Below are positions 61,047 through 64,000 of a DNA stretch of 64,000 bases, piece after piece (within the stretch, counting starts at the first letter, position 1; every line of letters begins with the position of its first letter). The notes beneath the pieces are model-generated. The model was given only the letters and a program-made list of their open reading frames with translations, searched no databases and was not told where the DNA came from. The position numbers and the translations under genes were made by a program. The stretch comes from Flaccisagitta enflata (Eukaryota): the NCBI GenBank assembly GCA_965153355.1, contig OZ231126.1, forward strand, positions 37,324,001 to 37,388,000, written 5' to 3'.

Positions 61047-63572
61047 AAAAATCTGTCTATGAGATCAAATTTATGGTACCAAATAAACAAATTTGTTCAT
61101 GAGATTCATATTTTTGGTGTTTATAAACACAAAAATTTCCAAAGGAGTGTAAACGTTTATGAAAACAAATTCATGGCGCCAATTAAACAATTCTCTGTTT
61201 TTTTGGAAAAGCAATTGGGGGCAAATGAACAATTTTTGGATGAGGAGGAGGAGGAGGAGAGAAATATAAAAATCTGTTTATGAGATCAAAAGTTTGGTAC
61301 CAAATAAACAAATTCGTTTATGAGTGTAAACGTTTATGAAAACAAATTCATGGTGCCAAACAAACGATTTTTTGTTTATTTGGAAAGAAAATTAGGAGCA
61401 CATAAACGATTTTTGTTGAGGAGGAGGAGGAGGAGGAGGAGGGGGAGGAGGAGGAGAGAAATATAAAAATCTGTTTATGAGATCAAATTTATGGTACCAA
61501 ATGAACAAATTCGTTTATGAGATTCATATTTTTGGTGTTTATAAACACAAAAACTTCTGATTGAGTGTAAACGTTTATGAAAACAAATTTATGGTGCCAA
61601 ATAAACGATTTTTTGTTTATTTGGAAAGGAAATTGGGAGCAAATAAACGATTTTGGATGAGGAGGAGGGAGGGAGGGGGAGGAGGAGGAGAGAAATATAA
61701 AAATCTGTTTATGAGATTAAATTTATGGTACCAAATAAACAAATTCGTTTATGAGATTCATATTTTTGGTGTTTATAAACACAAAAACTTCTGATTGAGT
61801 GTAAACGTTTATGAAAACAAACACATGGTGCCAAATAAACGATTTTTTGTTTATTTGGAAAGGAAATTGGGAGCAAATAAACATTTTGGATGAGGAGGAG
61901 GAGGAGGGGGAGGAGGAGGAGAGAAATATAAAAATCTGTTTATGAGATCAAATTTATGGTACCAAATAAACAAATTCGTTTATGAGATTCATATTTTTGG
62001 TGTTTATAAACACAAAAACTTCTGATTGAGTGTAAACGTTTATGAAAACAAATTTATGGTGCCAAATAAACGATTTTTTGTTTATTTGGAAAGGAAATTG
62101 GGAGCAAATAAACGATTTTGGATGAGGAGGAGGAGGAGGGGGAGGAGGAGGAGAGAAATATAAAAATCTGTTTATGAGATCAAATTTATGGTACCAAATA
62201 AACAAATTCGTTTATGAGATTCATATTTTTGGTGTTTATAAACACAAAAACTTCTGATTGAGTGTAAACGTTTATGAAAACAAATTTATGGTGCCAAATA
62301 AACGATTTTTTGTTTATTTGGAAAGGAAATTGGGAGCAAATAAACAATTTTGGATGAGGAGGAGGAGGAGGGGGAGGAGGAGGAGAGAAATATAAAAATC
62401 TGTTTATGAGATCAAATTTATGGTACCAAATAAACAAATTCGTTTATGAGATTCATATTTTTGGTGTTTATAAACACAAAAACTTCTGATTGAGTGTAAA
62501 CGTTTATGAGAGCAAATTTATGGTGCCCAATAAACAATTTTTTGTTTATTTGGAGAGGAAATTGGAAGCAAATAAACGATTTTGGATGAGGAGGAGGAGG
62601 AGGAGGGGGAGGAGGAGGAGAGAAATATAAAAATCTGTTTATGAGATCAAATTTATGGTACCAAATAAACCAATTCGTTTATGAGATTCATATTTTAGGT
62701 GTTTATAAACACAAAAACTTCTGATTGAGTGTAAACGTTTATGAAAACAAATTTATGGTGCCAAATAAACGATTTTTTGTTTATTTGGAAAGGAAATTGG
62801 GAGCAAATAAACGATTTTGGATGAGGAGGAGGAGGAGGGGGAGGAGGAGGAGAGAAATATAAAAATCTGTTTATGAGATCAAATTTATGGTACCAAATAA
62901 ACAAATTCGTTTATGAGATTCATATTTTTGGTGTTTATAAACACAAAAACTTCTGATTGAGTGTAAACGTTTATGAAAACAAATTTATGGTGCCAAATAA
63001 ACGATTTTTTGTTTATTTGGAAAGGAAATTGGGAGCAAATAAACGATTTTGGATGAGGAGGAGGAGGAGGGGGAGGAGGAGGAGAGAAATATAAAAATCT
63101 GTTTATGAGATCAAATTTATGGTACCAAATAAACAAATTCGTTTATGAGATTCATATTTTTGGTGTTTATAAACACAAAAACTTCTGATTGAGTGTAAAC
63201 GTTTATGAAAACAAATTTATGGTGCCAAATAAACGATTTTTTGTTTATTTGGAAAGGAAATTGGGAGCAAATAAACAATTTTGGATGAGGAGGAGGAGGA
63301 GGAGGAGGAGGAGGAGAGAAATATAAAAATCTGTTTATGAGATCAAATTTATGGTACCAAATAAACAAATTTGTTTATGAGATTCATATTTTTGGTGTTT
63401 ATAAACACAAAAACTTCTGATTGAGTGTAAACGTTTATGAAAGCAAATTTATGGTGCCAAATAAACGATTTTTTGTTTATATGGAAAGGAAATTGGAAGC
63501 AAATAAACAATTTTGGATGAGGAGGAGGAGGAGGAGGAGGAGGAGGAGGAGGATGAGGAGGAGGAGGGAAAT
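61047..63572 (+). repeat. 232-bp tandem satellite, ~11 units, each with a variable (GAG)n tract
   Basis: Repeated ORFs are spaced 232 bp apart (61954/62186, 62885/63117); the central units are nearly identical. Confidence 0.95.
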
Positions 63573-64000
63573 ATAGAGTTATGCAATTTTTGTAGTTATA
63601 GGGGGTCTAAGGGGGAAATATACGATTTTTTTATATTTTTTGGTGCTTATCAATACAAAAAATTTAGCGTTTACAAACACTTAATTTTTGTTGTTTATAA
63701 ACAACAATATTATTGTGTTTATAAACGATCAATTATGGGCTCTTTTTAACGATTTTTGGGGTAAAAAAAAACAGTAGCAACCTTCAAAATTTTGATTTTT
63801 CTAATAGAACATTTTCTAGTGTGGACATTTTCAGTTTGTACTGATCAGGTCAAACAATCTCTTATTTTCCTTCGTTCATAAACAGTGATATATAGTCGTT
63901 TATAAACAACGTTTTTTACTGCCATTTAAACAATTTTTGTTTATTTGACTTGCATTTTTAATGTTTATAAACAGTTGTATAGCATTGTTTATAAACGGCG

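Noticed and set aside
61954-63368. Repeated 83-aa ORFs
   Set aside because: Artefact of the 232-bp satellite, whose period is not a multiple of three.

Overview
This is repeat-rich eukaryotic DNA, most likely from an invertebrate animal, with one 10-N assembly gap at 26364-26373. Most listed ORFs are microsatellite noise. The supportable protein-coding content is: (1) an intronless, 5'-truncated ORF (<1..1905, +) with a degenerate NERD/PD-(D/E)xK-like segment followed by a Schlafen/DUF2075-type SF1 helicase; (2) two phase-compatible minus-strand exons of a sacsin-like gene (12218-12398, 11322-11479); (3) an orphan Ala-rich minus-strand exon (22647-22881); (4) an intact five-exon, ~890-aa DDE transposase gene with a CxxH motif (39965-46514, +), bracketed by diverged inverted repeats; (5) two 5'-truncated non-LTR retrotransposons. 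The rest is Helentron/DINE-like non-autonomous elements with terminal palindromes, TIR MITEs (one with RSS-heptamer-like Transib-type ends), minisatellites, microsatellites, a 232-bp satellite and decayed coding-like repeats. All family assignments come from motif recognition by eye, not from database searches.
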